Below, in pieces: positions 32,780 to 46,150 of a stretch of 64,000 nt of DNA. Position 1 is the stretch's first letter. Every line of letters starts with the position of its first letter. Position numbers and translations under genes: made by a program. The notes below the pieces were generated by a model. The model did not search any database. It saw only the letters and a list, made by a program, of their open reading frames with translations, and had not been told where the DNA came from. Origin of the DNA: a virus (Duplodnaviria > Caudoviricetes). The stretch is from positions 5,602 through 69,601 of IMG/VR virus record IMGVR_UViG_3300029305_007680. One strand, written 5' to 3'.

Positions 32780-33328
32780 ATGAAAAGAGGTGGTTCAAAA
32801 GCAAAAGGTTCATCATGAGAAAGACAAATAAGTAAGTTATTGACAAAATGATTGACAGGTCAAGATAAAGAATATTATTTTTATAGGTCTCCAGGAAGTG
32901 GAGCTGTATCTACAATAAATTATGGTAATAAAACATTGTCTGGTGATATTATTGCAATAAAGCAAGAGGCGAGTTTTTTTACTGAGATATTTAATATAGA
33001 AGCTAAAAATGGATATGAAGGAGCTTCTTTTGATAAATTTTTAAAAGAAAACAAAAATGATATTTTACTTAAATTTTGAGAACAATCTGTAAGAGATGCC
33101 AAACTAGCTGATAAACATCCATTAGTTTTATTTAAGAAAAAAGGTCTCCCAAACCCTTGAATTGCATTTGATAAGAATGTATATGACAAAATTTATAAAT
33201 ATATAAATAAAACCAGACATATGATATTAAATTATGATATTGATGTATGTGTTTGTTTTATGAATTTTTCTGACTTTTTAGATATAATGAGTCCCGAAAG
33301 AATAAAGGAATTATTTAAATGTACTTAA
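32780..33328 (+). CDS. Holliday junction resolvase-like PD-(D/E)xK nuclease
   Basis: KAKGSSWER, RSPGSGA, SGDII and NIEAKNGY; TGA=Trp. Confidence 0.75.
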
Positions 33329-33762
33329 CGATTAATATAAATACTGAAATGTTTGCTGATTATGTTTTCTTATTTATTTTATTGGGTCTTGTTGAAAAAG
33401 ACAATGAAGATTTCTTATTAAATAAATCAGAAGCATGAAATAAATTAATTGATTTAATAGATCAGAAAAATATGAAAGTTAGTTTAATGCAAAAGTTTTT
33501 CAGAATAAAATCATCAAGAAGATCTAAGTTTAATAAATTACAGAAGATAATGTATTCTGATTCTGAAGGAAAAGTTAATCTAAATATAATAAATGATAAG
33601 AATATTTTCGTATCGGAATCTATAGATAAAACGTCTGATATATCGATAGATAATATCGTTAAAGAAACATTAAAGTTGGTGATTCCTAATAATGTTTCGT
33701 TTACAGATAAAGATTTAAAAGAAATAACAAAAAAAGTTAAGAAAAAATTAAATAAAAAATAG
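33319..33762 (+). CDS. Hypothetical protein
   Basis: Track ORF 33472-33762 extended upstream through TGA. Confidence 0.5.
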
Positions 33763-33773
33763 GGAGACAAAGG

Positions 33774-34100
33774 ATGTTTGATTCAAATTGAGATTCTCAA
33801 TGAAATAGATTTTCATCAAATGACAATGAAAGAATAGATATTAATAATTTAGTTAATGAACAATTTGAAACTGATGTTCCCGGATTATATGCTGATGCTA
33901 TATATAAGAAAGGAACAGAAAGTTTTCCGTGTTTTGATGTAACAAGAAATAATTTTTTTAATAATATGGAACAATTTAGAAGAAGAATTCGTTTAGATGG
34001 AAAAGCACAACAATATATGCAAAACACAAGATATAACAAACCATTTTATATTAGATTTACAGATGAAAATAATAAAGTGTATGTTAGAAAAATAAAGTAA
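33774..34100 (+). CDS. Hypothetical protein
   Basis: Open frame of 109 codons with TGA=Trp. Confidence 0.5.
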
Positions 34101-34223
34101 TAGTTGTGGAACATAATTTTTTATAAATGAAACCTATCAACTAGTTGATAGGTTTTTTAATTATGTTTATCAAGTGTTTAGTTGATGTTAAAATGATAAA
34201 AACAAAAATAAAGGTGGATTAAT

Positions 34224-34772
34224 ATGTCATTTGAAGAGTCCAATATTATTGATGTGAATCAAGAATCTCGTATGTTAATGTTATTTGGTGAAATAAATGA
34301 ATCAAGTTCATTTGGTGTTACTCAAGGTTTATTAGAGTTACAAGCAATGGATCCAATGAAAGATATTTCATTTATTATTAATTCTCATGGAGGTCATATT
34401 GATGATTGTTTAGCTATTATTGATGTAATGAATTGTATAAAACCTGATATTAGAACAATCGTTATTGGTAAAGCAATGTCAGCAGGAGCATTTATTGCGA
34501 TTAATGGAACAAAAGGAAAACGATATATAACTGAAAATTCTCGTTTAATGTTACATTCATTATCAACAAGTGTTTCCGGTTCATTTAATGATATTCAAGT
34601 TGATATTGAAGAAGTTACAAGATTAAACGATAAATTAATTGATATTATTTCTACAAATGCCAAGTTATCTAAAAAAGATGTAAAAGATTTAATTAAGCGA
34701 GATAGATACATTTTACCTCAAGAAGCAATTGAATTTGGTTTATTAGATGGTATTGTTAAATCAATTCAATAG
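34224..34772 (+). CDS. clpP: ATP-dependent Clp protease proteolytic subunit
   Basis: INSHGG, GKAMSAGAFI, SRLMLHS and RDRYILPQEAIEFGLLD. Confidence 0.9.
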   Translation: MSFEESNIIDVNQESRMLMLFGEINESSSFGVTQGLLELQAMDPMKDISFIINSHGGHIDDCLAIIDVMNCIKPDIRTIVIGKAMSAGAFIAINGTKGKRYITENSRLMLHSLSTSVSGSFNDIQVDIEEVTRLNDKLIDIISTNAKLSKKDVKDLIKRDRYILPQEAIEFGLLDGIVKSIQ

Positions 34773-34783
34773 AGAGATTATAT

Positions 34784-35158
34784 ATGTCTTTTAAAGATTT
34801 CATAAAAAAGAAGAAAAATTGTGCAATAGATTTCGATGGAGTAATACATTCATATCATAAAGGATGATATGATGGTTCTATATATGGTTATGTTATTCCT
34901 GGAGCTAAAGAAGCAATTGATAAGTTAAGGGATGATTATAATATAATCATATATACAGCTAGAATAATAGGAAATCCGGATGCTATATATGATATAGAAA
35001 AATTTTTAATTGATAACGATATCTATTATGACGAAATAAAAGAAAAGATTATTGCTGACTTGTATATAGATGATAGAGCAATAAGAGTTGACCCAGAAAA
35101 TAATTATAAGTGAGAAGATATTTGAGATCAGGTCAATTTAATAAAAAGAAAGAAATAA
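34784..35158 (+). CDS. HAD-family phosphatase (nucleotidase-like)
   Basis: AIDFDGVIH, IIIYTAR and DLYIDDRA; TGA=Trp. Confidence 0.75.
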
Positions 35159-35171
35159 AGCGAGGTCATAT

Positions 35172-35540
35172 ATGTTATTTTTGGATATGTCCAAAGATGT
35201 AAAAAATTATATGATTGGTTCTTATAAAAATATGTGTTTAATAGATATAATAGATGATTTTCAAAATTCAATTCAATGTAAATATCATGGTCGTCAATTA
35301 GAATATAATTTAAAACATATTATAGTAAATGAACTTATAAAACGAATTAAATATTATTCTTTTGATATTAAAGAATTTATAATATTAAACAATCATGTCT
35401 ATCTGTTTTCTGTATATAAAAATATAGCAAATAAGAATTCCATTATATTAAGATTTTATTATGATTCTTTTAATATTTTATTAGAAGAATTTTGGCCTAA
35501 TTTGGAGTTGTCATATAAAAAATATTACTGTAAGGTATAA
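35172..35540 (+). CDS. Hypothetical protein
   Basis: ORF track. Confidence 0.5.
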   Translation: MLFLDMSKDVKNYMIGSYKNMCLIDIIDDFQNSIQCKYHGRQLEYNLKHIIVNELIKRIKYYSFDIKEFIILNNHVYLFSVYKNIANKNSIILRFYYDSFNILLEEFWPNLELSYKKYYCKV

Positions 35541-35551
35541 AGGAGAAAAAT

Positions 35552-36691
35552 ATGGCTAGAAAATCAAAAGAGGAAGTAGAAAATCAAGAAGTTGACAGTT
35601 CGAAAAACACTCTAAAAAGTCTTCGCGATATTATAAGTAAAAAGCTTAAAGGTGCTCATGTATCTATTATGTCAGAGAGTGATATAGCTTCTAGAGATGA
35701 TTATATCATGACACCATCTTATGATCTAAATAGAATATTAACCGGAGATTTGCTTAAGGGAATATATTCAAAAACATTGAATTTGATTGTTGGTCCGGAA
35801 CATTCATTTAAAAGTTCATTTGCTGCATTATGTTTAGCAAATGCTCAAAGAGCTGGATATACAGTAATTGTTATCGATACAGAAGGTGCATGGGACTCTA
35901 AGTTTCTTTCAAGATGGGGTTTAGATCCAACTAAAGTTTTATATGTTTATACTCCATGGGTAGATGAAATAAAAACAGCATTAGCTAATATTCTTGAACA
36001 ACCGGGAGAAAAATATGCAATTGCTCTTGACTCCGTTGGTGGTATAGAAAAACGTAAAGTAGTTGATGATGCTGTTGCTGGTGACCCAAAACAAGATCAA
36101 GGCGGCTTAGCAAAAGAAATCAAACCTTTAATGAAACTTTACAGCAATATAATCAAAGTAAAAAATAGCATTGGTATATTAACTGGGCATTATTATGGTT
36201 CACCTGGTTCATATGGCGGTGGTGATGAAATTGGTGGTGGTAAAGCAGTAAAATATATTCCAGATACTATTATCAGTCTTAGAAAGTCAAAAATTTATGA
36301 TAATGAAAAAAATGTCATAGGAAATAAATTAACAGCAATTACACTTAAAAACAGATTATATCCTCCATTCAATGAAGGAACAATTGAAATTGACTTTATA
36401 AGTGGATTAAATAGATTTGCTGGATTAGCTGATTTAGCGGTTGAAGCGGGTATTATATCAAAAGGTGGAGCTGGTTGGTATACATGAATTAATAAAGAAA
36501 CCGGTGAGGAATTGAAAGTTCAGGGTGAAGCAAAACTTGTAAAGTTATTTGAAGAGAATGAAACTGAACTAATTAAGGAATTAAATTCATTTATTGAAAA
36601 AACAGGATTTAGTACAATAAATGAAGAATTGAAACAGGCAGAAGCATTGATTGTAGATAAATCTAGTTTACCTGATTCTATTGATGAATAA
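35552..36691 (+). CDS. recA: RecA/UvsX-like recombinase (379 aa)
   Basis: VGPEHSFKS, VIDTEGA, IALDSVG, GGGKAVKY and KNRLYPPF; C-terminus continues past the TGA at 36485. Confidence 0.9.
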
Positions 36692-36717
36692 AAAAAGGAG
36701 GGTTAAACCCTCCTTTT

Positions 36718-37442
36718 TTACATATTATTTTCCATTTCTGTTAATTTTTTATTAAGTTCTTCGGCTTCTCATTTAGACATATAACCTTTACAATTTTGTA
36801 GTCTTATTCATCATTTATTTTTATAACAATTTTCAGCTTTTACATCACCACCACAGGATTGTGTTAAACCTCTACATACTCCAGGTATTATATAATCTAA
36901 AATATTAAAGTTTCTATCATTGATAGCTTGTCCTATATGACTTATAATATCCTTAAAGAAATTTAATATTCCGGATTGAAAAAATGATTTTTGAATAAAT
37001 AAACAATTTTCTGCATAAATGCTTCCGCCATTATGAGCTCAAGCTCCGAATCCTCTAACTGTAAAATAATCTTTGTGAGATCAATTTTCTATTTTACAGT
37101 TTTTCATATATAGAGATATTCCATCTTGTACTTCTGGACCGCGTCTTCCAAAATTTTTAATGACACAATTTTCTAGATAAACTGTACCATATTGAAGTGA
37201 ATCAGGATCTCCACTTCCGGCAAAGAAAAGCTTTACCGAACATTTTTTATAACTGTATTATATATTTTACATGTTGGTTGCTGAACACAACTTAAAGCTT
37301 CGTCCTGTTCATCTAATTCGACATTTTTGAAATCTATAAGAACATTTTCAATTATTGCATCTTCCGTCATTACTCTTAGTCCATCACCTTTATCTTCAAA
37401 TGGACTATATATTTTTTCATTTCGAATAACTCTTGTTGTCAT
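36718..37442 (-). CDS. Right-handed beta-helix (pectate-lyase-like) protein
   Basis: Repeating xIENVxI / NCxIxN rungs, DEALS and GRRGPEV; extra C at 37219 and 37238; TGA=Trp. Confidence 0.6.
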
Positions 37443-37461
37443 GTTCTATATATTTTCTCTC

Positions 37462-38277
37462 TTAAAATAGTTTATCTCAAACATCAAATGTCATACTACG
37501 CACTTTATATTTAAATATATAATATTTATCACACTCTATATATACAGCTTTTGAATTTCTATTAAATGCTTCTTTTATATTTACTTTTTTGTAGTATTTT
37601 TTTACAAAGTGAGTAGCCAGATCAACACTTTTATCTTTTAATTTTGCTAGAACATCTTCAGGTTCTTGCTTTATTCCATACTTATCTAAAATATCTAACT
37701 TAAACCCAGGTTCTTCAGCAAATCAACCTTTTCTAAGCTCAATTTCGAAACCACCATCCTTCTGATATTCATTATTAATTGTAAGTGTTCCGTTACGACG
37801 TCTTAATACATACATATATACTACAAATAACTTAATTTTATCATCATTGTCTTTATAATACAAAGCAAGATCCTTTGAAATAAAAGTTTCATCATCTAAA
37901 AGAGGGCATATATACGTATTAAATTTACCAACAGGCAGTATTGCATATTTATAATTAGCATAAGTCTTTGCGACCTTTTTATTTACTGTGCATTCTAAAC
38001 AATTATCATATAGTTTCGTATTAAAAACCTTTTTAAATCCACTATTAACAACATTAACAACATCCTGTATTGTTTTATAATTTATATGTTTTTCTTCTGA
38101 TGTTTTAATTGGAGCAAATTTTTTAAGATTTGGAGCATACTCAAGACTAGAACTCTTAAATAACAAATCATTTTTATCTACTTGATTTAAAAATGGTTCA
38201 TATTCTCTTTTAATTATCTCTACCTTTTTATCGAGATTCGTAGCTTCGTTCATTATTAAATATTCTTGAAATCTCAT
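37462..38277 (-). CDS. Putative virion internal protein, LYRG-family paralog
   Basis: MRFQEYL N-terminus; similar to 38294-39058, 44210-44939 and 44953-45679. Confidence 0.55.
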
Positions 38278-38293
38278 AATATAAAACCACCTT

Positions 38294-39058
38294 CTATTTT
38301 AATTTTATATAATTATGAGAAATTCTATTTTTAATTGAAAATAAATTAGGTCAAACATTATCTAATATGCCTTTTGAATATTCCAAAACATAATACTTAT
38401 CACAATCTATCATTATTTCATTTTTGGATTCTATAGCTTTTTTAATATTCCCTTTAATATAATATGTTTTTATAAAATGTGCAGATAATTTATCAATTTT
38501 ATCTTTTAATTTCACAAATATATCATTTATTTCTGGCTTAATATCATATTTCTCTAATACATCTAATAATTTATTTGCTTCTAATACAGGTAATATATTA
38601 AAATATCTTACAGAAGCTTGCAATGCATATGTATATGCAATAAATAAAGCTATATCATCATCTTTAGGTTTACTATTGAGTCCCGAAAATAAATCATGTA
38701 TATATGGACTCCAATATGCTTCATATTTCCCAACAGGAAATACAATATATACATTACCATATATTTTCGTCTGATCTTTATTGCCTGAACAAAAAACACA
38801 TTCCGAACGAGCTTTTGTATTATATACATGCTTAAATCCCAAATCAAATAAATTATGAACATGAATATTTGTATTTCGTGGAACTCGATTCTTATTAACC
38901 TTTATAGGAACAAATTTATTCGGAACATCATCAGATCATAAACCTCTATATAATATATGATCTTTATCAATATCATTTAAAAAGTCCGAACATTCCTTTT
39001 TTATTATTGATATCTTATCTGATATTGTCTCTTCATTTAAGTACGTATATAATCTCAT
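38294..39058 (-). CDS. Putative virion internal protein, LYRG-family paralog
   Basis: MRLYTYLNEE...LYRG...KARSECVFCS...YIVFP...NEIMIDC. Confidence 0.6.
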
Positions 39059-39131
39059 AACAATCTCTTTTTATTTTTTATTTATTTTATATAGAAGCTA
39101 TAAATAAAAATAAAAGTAAGGAAGTTAAGTA

Positions 39132-39932
39132 ATGAGATTTTGAAGATATCTAAGTGAATATAAATATTTCAAATCATCTTCTGATAGAGATTTTCCATAT
39201 TCTGAAAGAACTCCCGTTATTGTATTTAAACCGAATGAAGTTTATAAAAAAGTAGGTGAAACTCATGGAGAATTTTCACATTCAATAAAACATTTCAAAG
39301 AGTTCTTATCCAGCAAACAAGATTTTATTTTTAATTCATTTGAAAACATATTATCTAATAAAAATTATCATTATTATCTTGCAAAATTTAATAAACAGGG
39401 TAATATTGTTAGAATAATGGATACAGATTTTGATATTCGTCAAAAAACTACAATTGATATGTTATTAACAACTTTAGATCTTATTCAAGATAAAGTAATA
39501 AATAAAATCAAACTCATGGATGTTGAACAAGAGTTATATGATAAGATATATGATGTATTAAGAAACGAATATAATAAAGTAGCACATGATCTTATAGATA
39601 AAGCGATTTACTTAGATCAGAATGTTGAAACATTATATAAAAATTATATTGAATCTCCAAATGATGCTGAATTAAAGAAAGAAGTTGAAGAATTGAAAAG
39701 TAAGGTAAACTCTACCAAAATTATAAAATTTGAACATAATAGTAGAAACAGATTAACAACACTCGTTTATAATTTTAATGATTCAACATTAATTGTAATG
39801 GAAAGTCTTGGTAAAGTTGGATTAACAATGTATAAAATGATTAAAACACAAACCACAGTAGCAGATGCAAAAAATGCATTACTTAATAAGTATCCAGATA
39901 TTAAAGATTGAATCGTATATTTCATGCCCTAA
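39132..39932 (+). CDS. Hypothetical protein with an MRFWRYLSE N-terminus
   Basis: Open frame of 267 codons with TGA=Trp. Confidence 0.6.
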
Positions 39933-39960
39933 TGAATTAAAAAAGTATTTACAGATATAG

Positions 39961-39993
39961 AACTCCTTGATAATATTAACGTATCAAGGAGTT
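39961..39993 (+). promoter_or_regulatory. Hairpin overlapping the RBS of the gp47-like gene
   Basis: aactccttgata-atattaacg-tatcaaggagtt; the right arm contains AAGGAG. Confidence 0.5.
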
Positions 39994-39998
39994 CTATT

Positions 39999-40985
39999 AT
40001 GTTTAAATGTATTATGTTTACTGATTTACATATGGGTGTTCATAATCATAACAACATCTGATTAGATGCATCTATTGTATTAGCTAATGAACTAAAAATG
40101 AAATGTCAAGAGAATGACATTGAAGATATTATATTTTTGGGAGATTTTTTTCATGATAGAAAAAGCATAAATTCTAATGTTTTATGATATGCAAATGAGT
40201 TTTTTGAGATATTATCAGATATTAAGATTCATATAATTATAGGAAATCATGATACATATCTTAAAAATTCATTGGAACCCCATTCGCTTAGATCATTTAA
40301 TAAGTTTAGTAATGTCAATATAGTAGAAGATGTATGTAAATTGAATGAATATATATCATTGATTTCGTGAAACAAAGATTTTTCTAAATGTGATACACCA
40401 TATATATGTGGACATTTTGACATTGCTGGATGTGAGATATCAAGTAATTTTACCGAAAGTAAGGAAACATTAAAAATATCTGATTTTAAAAAGTTCAAAG
40501 AAGTTTTTTCCGGTCATTTTCATAGTCCAAATAAAACTAAAAATATTTTTTATATAGGTTCTGTAATGCCATTTACATTTGCGGATGTTAACTCCCCAAG
40601 GGGTTATTATATAATGACATTTACAGATGAGTTAAATAAATCGTTTATTGAATTTACATCTTGTCCAAAATATGTATCTATAGATATTAATGAGGATATT
40701 AACAATTTCGATATTAATGGTAATATTATTAAATTAGTATATGATAAGGAGTTATCATTAAAAGATAATGAATTATTGATGTCTAGGATATGGAATAAAA
40801 AACCTTTATCTGTAACAACTGATTTTAGGAATGTTGTTGAGGAGGATGAAGATGTAGGAGTAGTAGATACAAGTTTTAAGAATACCAAGGAAATATTATT
40901 GGATTATATTGATAAAATAAAACTTCCAGACCATATAAAAAAGAAGAATTTAGTTGGATTTATTAATGATATTTTAGAAAAATAG
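39999..40985 (+). CDS. Recombination endonuclease subunit (T4 gp47 / Mre11-SbcD-like)
   Basis: FTDLHMG, LGDFFHDR, IGNHD, CGHFD and SGHFH; TGA=Trp. Confidence 0.9.
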
Positions 40986-40996
40986 GAGAATTTGTT

Positions 40997-41500
40997 ATGA
41001 AATATGAAGATGTTGAAGATTCCGTTGTCGAACTTTTTAATAAGGTTAGAACAGATTACAATTTTTCTGATGTTTCAGATGCTAAATTTAAGCTTGTTTA
41101 CAGAAATAATAGAAAAGGTAAAAAACAATTCATTGTAATTGCTGAAATTTGCGCAACCAATGATATGATTAGATTTTTAACTTCTGATCAAATTGAAGAG
41201 GGATATGACTATATTATTATAATTGATAAAAATATATTTAATGCATTAGATGAAAATGATAAAATCAGGGTTCTTCGTCATGAATTACGTCATACTGATG
41301 TTGTCGTAAATGAAAAATCAGGTAAGATTATCTATACTACACAAAAGCATTCTATAGAAGATTTTTATGAAGATGTAACTATTGAAAGTCAAGCTGGTGG
41401 AGATATGCGTTGGAAGGAACGATTAAGTTCAATTGCAGAATCCATATATGAAGAACTAGATGAAAAGAAAAAGCAAGAAAAGAAATCTAAGAAAAAGTAA
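40997..41500 (+). CDS. Putative phage metallopeptidase
   Basis: HExxH in LRHELRH; later KHSIEDF. Confidence 0.65.
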   Translation: MKYEDVEDSVVELFNKVRTDYNFSDVSDAKFKLVYRNNRKGKKQFIVIAEICATNDMIRFLTSDQIEEGYDYIIIIDKNIFNALDENDKIRVLRHELRHTDVVVNEKSGKIIYTTQKHSIEDFYEDVTIESQAGGDMRWKERLSSIAESIYEELDEKKKQEKKSKKK

Positions 41501-41540
41501 AACAGGGGGCATTAAGCCCCTTTGTTAAAGGTGTTTATAT

Positions 41541-43680
41541 ATGAAGTTAGAATTAATATCAGTGGAATTTAGAAATTTCTTTTGTTTTGGCAATAAATGA
41601 CAAAAAATAGAATTTGATGAAGGTATTAATCTTATTACCGGATATAACACAAATACATCTAAATCTAATGGAAGTCGGTAAAAGCTCATTTATCGATTCT
41701 ATTATATTTGGCTTATTTGGTGAAACAACAAAGGATTTAACAAAAGCTCAAATCATAAACTGAAAAAATAAAAAAGAATGTGAAATAAAAATAACCTTTA
41801 ATAAACTTGATGTTAATTATATTATACATAGAGGTCTTAAACCCAACTTCATCAAAGTTTATAAAAACGGTACAGAACTAGATCAATTATCTAGTCTCCC
41901 AGAAATGCAATCTTTCATAGAATCAAACATACTAGAAATGGATTATGATACATTCATATCACTAATCCACTATAATCCAACAACATCTAAATCAATATTC
42001 AATGTTCAAAAAGCACAAAAACGCTCATTCATAGAAAAAATATTTGGATTAGAAATATATTCGCAAATATCAGATAAATGTAACAAAAAACTATCACTAA
42101 TCAATAGCAAAATAAACGAATCTTCAAGAATCATTGAAGTACATCAATCACATCTTAATAAAATAAATGAAGAATATGAATCTAATTTCAAAGCAATTAA
42201 AATAGAAAAAGAACAACGCCAACAAAAAATACAAGAACTAATAAACTCAAAAAACAATATTTCATTAAATGATATATCTGAATACGAAAACAAAAAAGAA
42301 CTTCTACAAACAAAAATAAATGAATTCAAACAACAAATATCTAACATAAATAATGAATTATCATTTTTCAAAAATGAAAAAAATAATCTTAATATAGAAA
42401 AAATATCATTTAACAACAAACTTTTTTACAAACTTTCAAGAAAAATTCACTGAATCAAAAAACTCAACCTAGATACATCAGATATAGAACTTCTAATCAA
42501 AGAAAAAACATCTGATATATCAAAACTAAATGAACAACACAAATCATATGAACTAAAAAAACAGGATTTGTCTAATAAATTAAATAACTTAAAAAAATTA
42601 GAATCAGGTATATGTCCTATGTGTGGGCATGATATTGATGCTGAGAATTTAAGTTTAGAGATTTCTAAAATAGAAAAAGAGATTAAGGATATTGATTGTG
42701 AGATTGGAATTGTATTAGCGAGTATAGCTGAATGTAATTCGAAGATTGAGATGACTGAGAATTTTATTTCTAAAAAGAGAAAGATGTTTAATAGATTGAA
42801 TTCTTATAATAACAAGTATATTGAGATGACTGAGGATAAACTCAAATATGATAAGTGATTAGAGAATAAGGACAAATTTGATGTATTGAGTGAGAATATT
42901 ATTAATAAAACAAATGAGTTATCTAAGTTAGAATCAGATTTAATTAAGTATGAGAAGATGTTGACGAGGGTTGATATAGAAATAGATAAAGATAGGGAAA
43001 GTAGAGATAAACTTGAAAAGATAGAGGAAGAGATAAAGCTTGAAACATATATGTATGAAAACATGTATAATGATAATCAAATGAAGACATTGCATGAATC
43101 TCATGAAGCATTGCAAAGACTTCAATTAAAGAAAATAGATGAAGAACAGAAAGCATTAGATAAGTATAAGGATTTATTGGATTATTTTGAGTTTATAAAG
43201 AAGATATGTAAGGATGAGCATGTAAAGCAATATGCGATTAGTAATATTGTTCCATATTTGAATAAGCAAGTTAATAAATATCTTGCTGATGCATCATTTG
43301 ATTTTTATTTAAAGTTGGATGGATGATTAAATGCTGAGGTTAAAGGTGTTGGTATTAGAGATGCTGGATTCGGTAATTTAAGTTCAGGTCAGCAAAAAAC
43401 AACGAATTTAGCGATGATTTTATCATTTTTGGATATATGTAAAATGCAATCATCTATATTTCCAGATATTTTGTTATTAGATGAAATATTAGATGGTGCT
43501 ATAGATTCATCTACATTAACTCAAATGTTTAATATTATAGCTAAGAAGCAGAAAGAAGACAAGTTAAAATTGTTCATTGTAACACATAGAAAAGAAATAA
43601 GCGAATTAAGTAATATTGATAATATATATCAGATAGAAATGAAAGATGGATTTAGTACAGTAACTAAAAAGGAGAGATAG
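41541..43680 (+). CDS. Recombination ATPase subunit (T4 gp46 / Rad50-SbcC-like)
   Basis: FRNFFCFGN, Walker A NGSGKSS (extra C at 41676), Zn hook CPMCG, LSSGQ and Walker B LLLDE. Confidence 0.92.
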
Positions 43681-44127
43681 ATGAAAATTGCAGGTACACA
43701 ATATACTTTAGATAAGAATTCATTCGAGATATATTTGTCTGGATGTCGTCATAGGTGTTCGGAAAATTGTCATAACAAGGAATTATGAGATTATATGATA
43801 GGTGATGATTACAATGAAGATTGTTTTAATAAAATTAAAGAAAAATTAGAAAATTTCGGAGATATTGTAGATAAAATTTCAATATTTGGCGGAGAACCAT
43901 TAGATCAAAACATAAATCAATTATATGATTTCTTAAAAGACATGAAGTCATTAAATAAAGAGATTTGATTATTTACATCATATGAGTTATCCGATGTTCC
44001 TGAAAATATTAAAGGTTTATGTGATTATATCAAAACAGGAACATATGATGAATCATTGAAGTGTGAAACAGAATCATATGGATATATATTAGCATCCTCT
44101 AATCAAAAAATACATAAAATAAGCTAA
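43681..44127 (+). CDS. nrdG: Anaerobic ribonucleotide reductase activase
   Basis: YLSGCRHRCSENCHN, FGGEPLDQ, YIKTG and ASSNQ; TGA=Trp. Confidence 0.85.
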
Positions 44128-44209
44128 TTGAAAAATGGGAGAATTAATTCTCCCATTTTAGCATATAAGTTATAATATAAATAATTATATAAATATTGAG
44201 GATTTTAAT

Positions 44210-44939
44210 GTGAGATTTATTGAATATATAAATGAAAGAGAGTTAGTTTCTAAAGAGTTGTCTCGAGATAAAGCAATGAAATTAATTGAGAAGAATTGTT
44301 CAGAAATTCTTTCTTTTTATGAAAAGAATCAAAATGTTTTTTTATATAGACGGAATATATACAGATTCAGATGATGACGCAATGTATACGATTCCAAGTA
44401 ATAAGAGAAAACCTGTAGATTCAAATATTAAAAATCATGAATGACTTGATAATGGATTTAAGAAGGTATATGGTGATAAAGTAAGATCAAATGCTGTATT
44501 TTGTGTTAAAAATATAAAAACAGCGCGTAATTATGGCGAACCATATATTATATATCCAAAAAATGGTTTTAGATTTTATTATAGTAATGAAATAGAAGAT
44601 GTATATATTTCTGATTTCTTTTATGATAATGCTGATAGAATAACTGATAAAAACATAAAAGCAGCATTTTTATATATTATATTGAATAAAGATGACAATA
44701 TATGTTCTGCTAAAGTGTATGATGAAATATTAAAGGATAAATTTGGTGAGTTTGATTCAGACAAGGATAAGTTTCCGAAATATATAAAATATATTGAAAC
44801 TAAGTATCCAAAAGCAGCAGAGGAATTTGTTAAGAAATATTATAAAAGATCTACAAATTTGAATGATATAAAAAATTTAGGTGATAAGAATGAGATAATG
44901 TTAATATGTAATGGATATTACTCAATTAAAACAGAATAA
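44210..44939 (+). CDS. Putative virion internal protein, LYRG-family paralog
   Basis: (V)RFIEYINE...LYR-C-G...KVRSNAVFC...YIIYP...NEIMLIC; tandem duplicate of the next gene. Confidence 0.65.
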
Positions 44940-44952
44940 AGGGGATATTATA

Positions 44953-45679
44953 ATGAGATTTATTGAATATATAAATGAAAGAGAATTGATTTTTAAAGAG
45001 TTGTCTCGAGATAAAGCAATGAAATTAATTGAGAAGAATTGTTTAGAAATTCTTTCATTTTATAATTCAAATCCTAATATTAGATTATATAGACGGAATA
45101 GATTCTGAATTAGAGGCATTATATACAATTCCTAGCAATAAGAGAAAACCTCTAGATTTAGATATTAAAAATCATGAATGACTTGATAATGGATTTAAGA
45201 AGGTATATGGTGATAAGGTAAGATCAAATGCTGTGTTTTGTGCTAAAAATAAGAAAGCAATATATGGTTATGGTGAACCATATATTATATATCCGAAAGA
45301 CGGTTTTAGATTTTATTATAGTAATGAAATAGAAGATATATATTACAAAAAGTTTTTCACACATAGTTTGCGTTTTGTAGAGGATGAAGAACTGCAAGCA
45401 TGTTTACTGTTATTCATGTTAAATGAGGCAAGTTATAACGATAAATTAATAGGAAAAAGTAACGCATATCATAATATATTAAAAGATAAGTTTGGCGAGT
45501 ATAATAATAAAAATATTAAAGATTATATAAAATATATTGAAAAGAAATATCCTAAATCAGCAGAGACGTTTGTTAAGCGATACTATAAAAAATCAACAAA
45601 TTTAAATGATATAAAAAATGTAAAGTCCAGAAATGAAATAATGATAATATGTAAGGGTTATTATTCAATTAAAGCATAA
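44953..45679 (+). CDS. Putative virion internal protein, LYRG-family paralog
   Basis: Near-identical N-terminal half to 44210-44939; same extra C at 45094. Confidence 0.65.
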
Positions 45680-45707
45680 TAAAATATATTTTGTATGGAG
45701 ATAGTCG

Positions 45708-46085
45708 ATGCCTGTTTGAAAAGATATAGATGTTTGGTTGAGACAAAAGCGTGATGGCGATATAATGGAAATGCATGATGTTAATGCAATAAAAAATTCT
45801 TTATATAATATATTATTAACTAGACCCGGTTCAAGAAGAATGTTGCCTGAATTTGCATCATTATTATATGAGTTATTATTTGAACCTATGGATGAGTTAA
45901 CGACACAGAAACTTAGAGAATGTATATTTGATTCCATACAAAGATGAGAAGATAGAATAATAATACAGTCATTAGATGTTGTTCCTAACTATGACACTGC
46001 GACATATAGTGTTTCTTTGTTATTTAAGTTAAGATCGGCAGATTCTGAAGTTTATTCATTTAATCAAATATTAGCGGCACAATAA
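45708..46085 (+). CDS. Baseplate wedge protein, gp25-like
   Basis: AIKNSLYNILLTRPGSRRMLPEFAS..LLFEP...WEDRI. Confidence 0.88.
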
Positions 46086-46150
46086 ATAGGGAAAATATTG
46101 AGATTTTATATGATTAAAAACTCCTTGAAATTTCAAGGAGTTTTTTCTTT

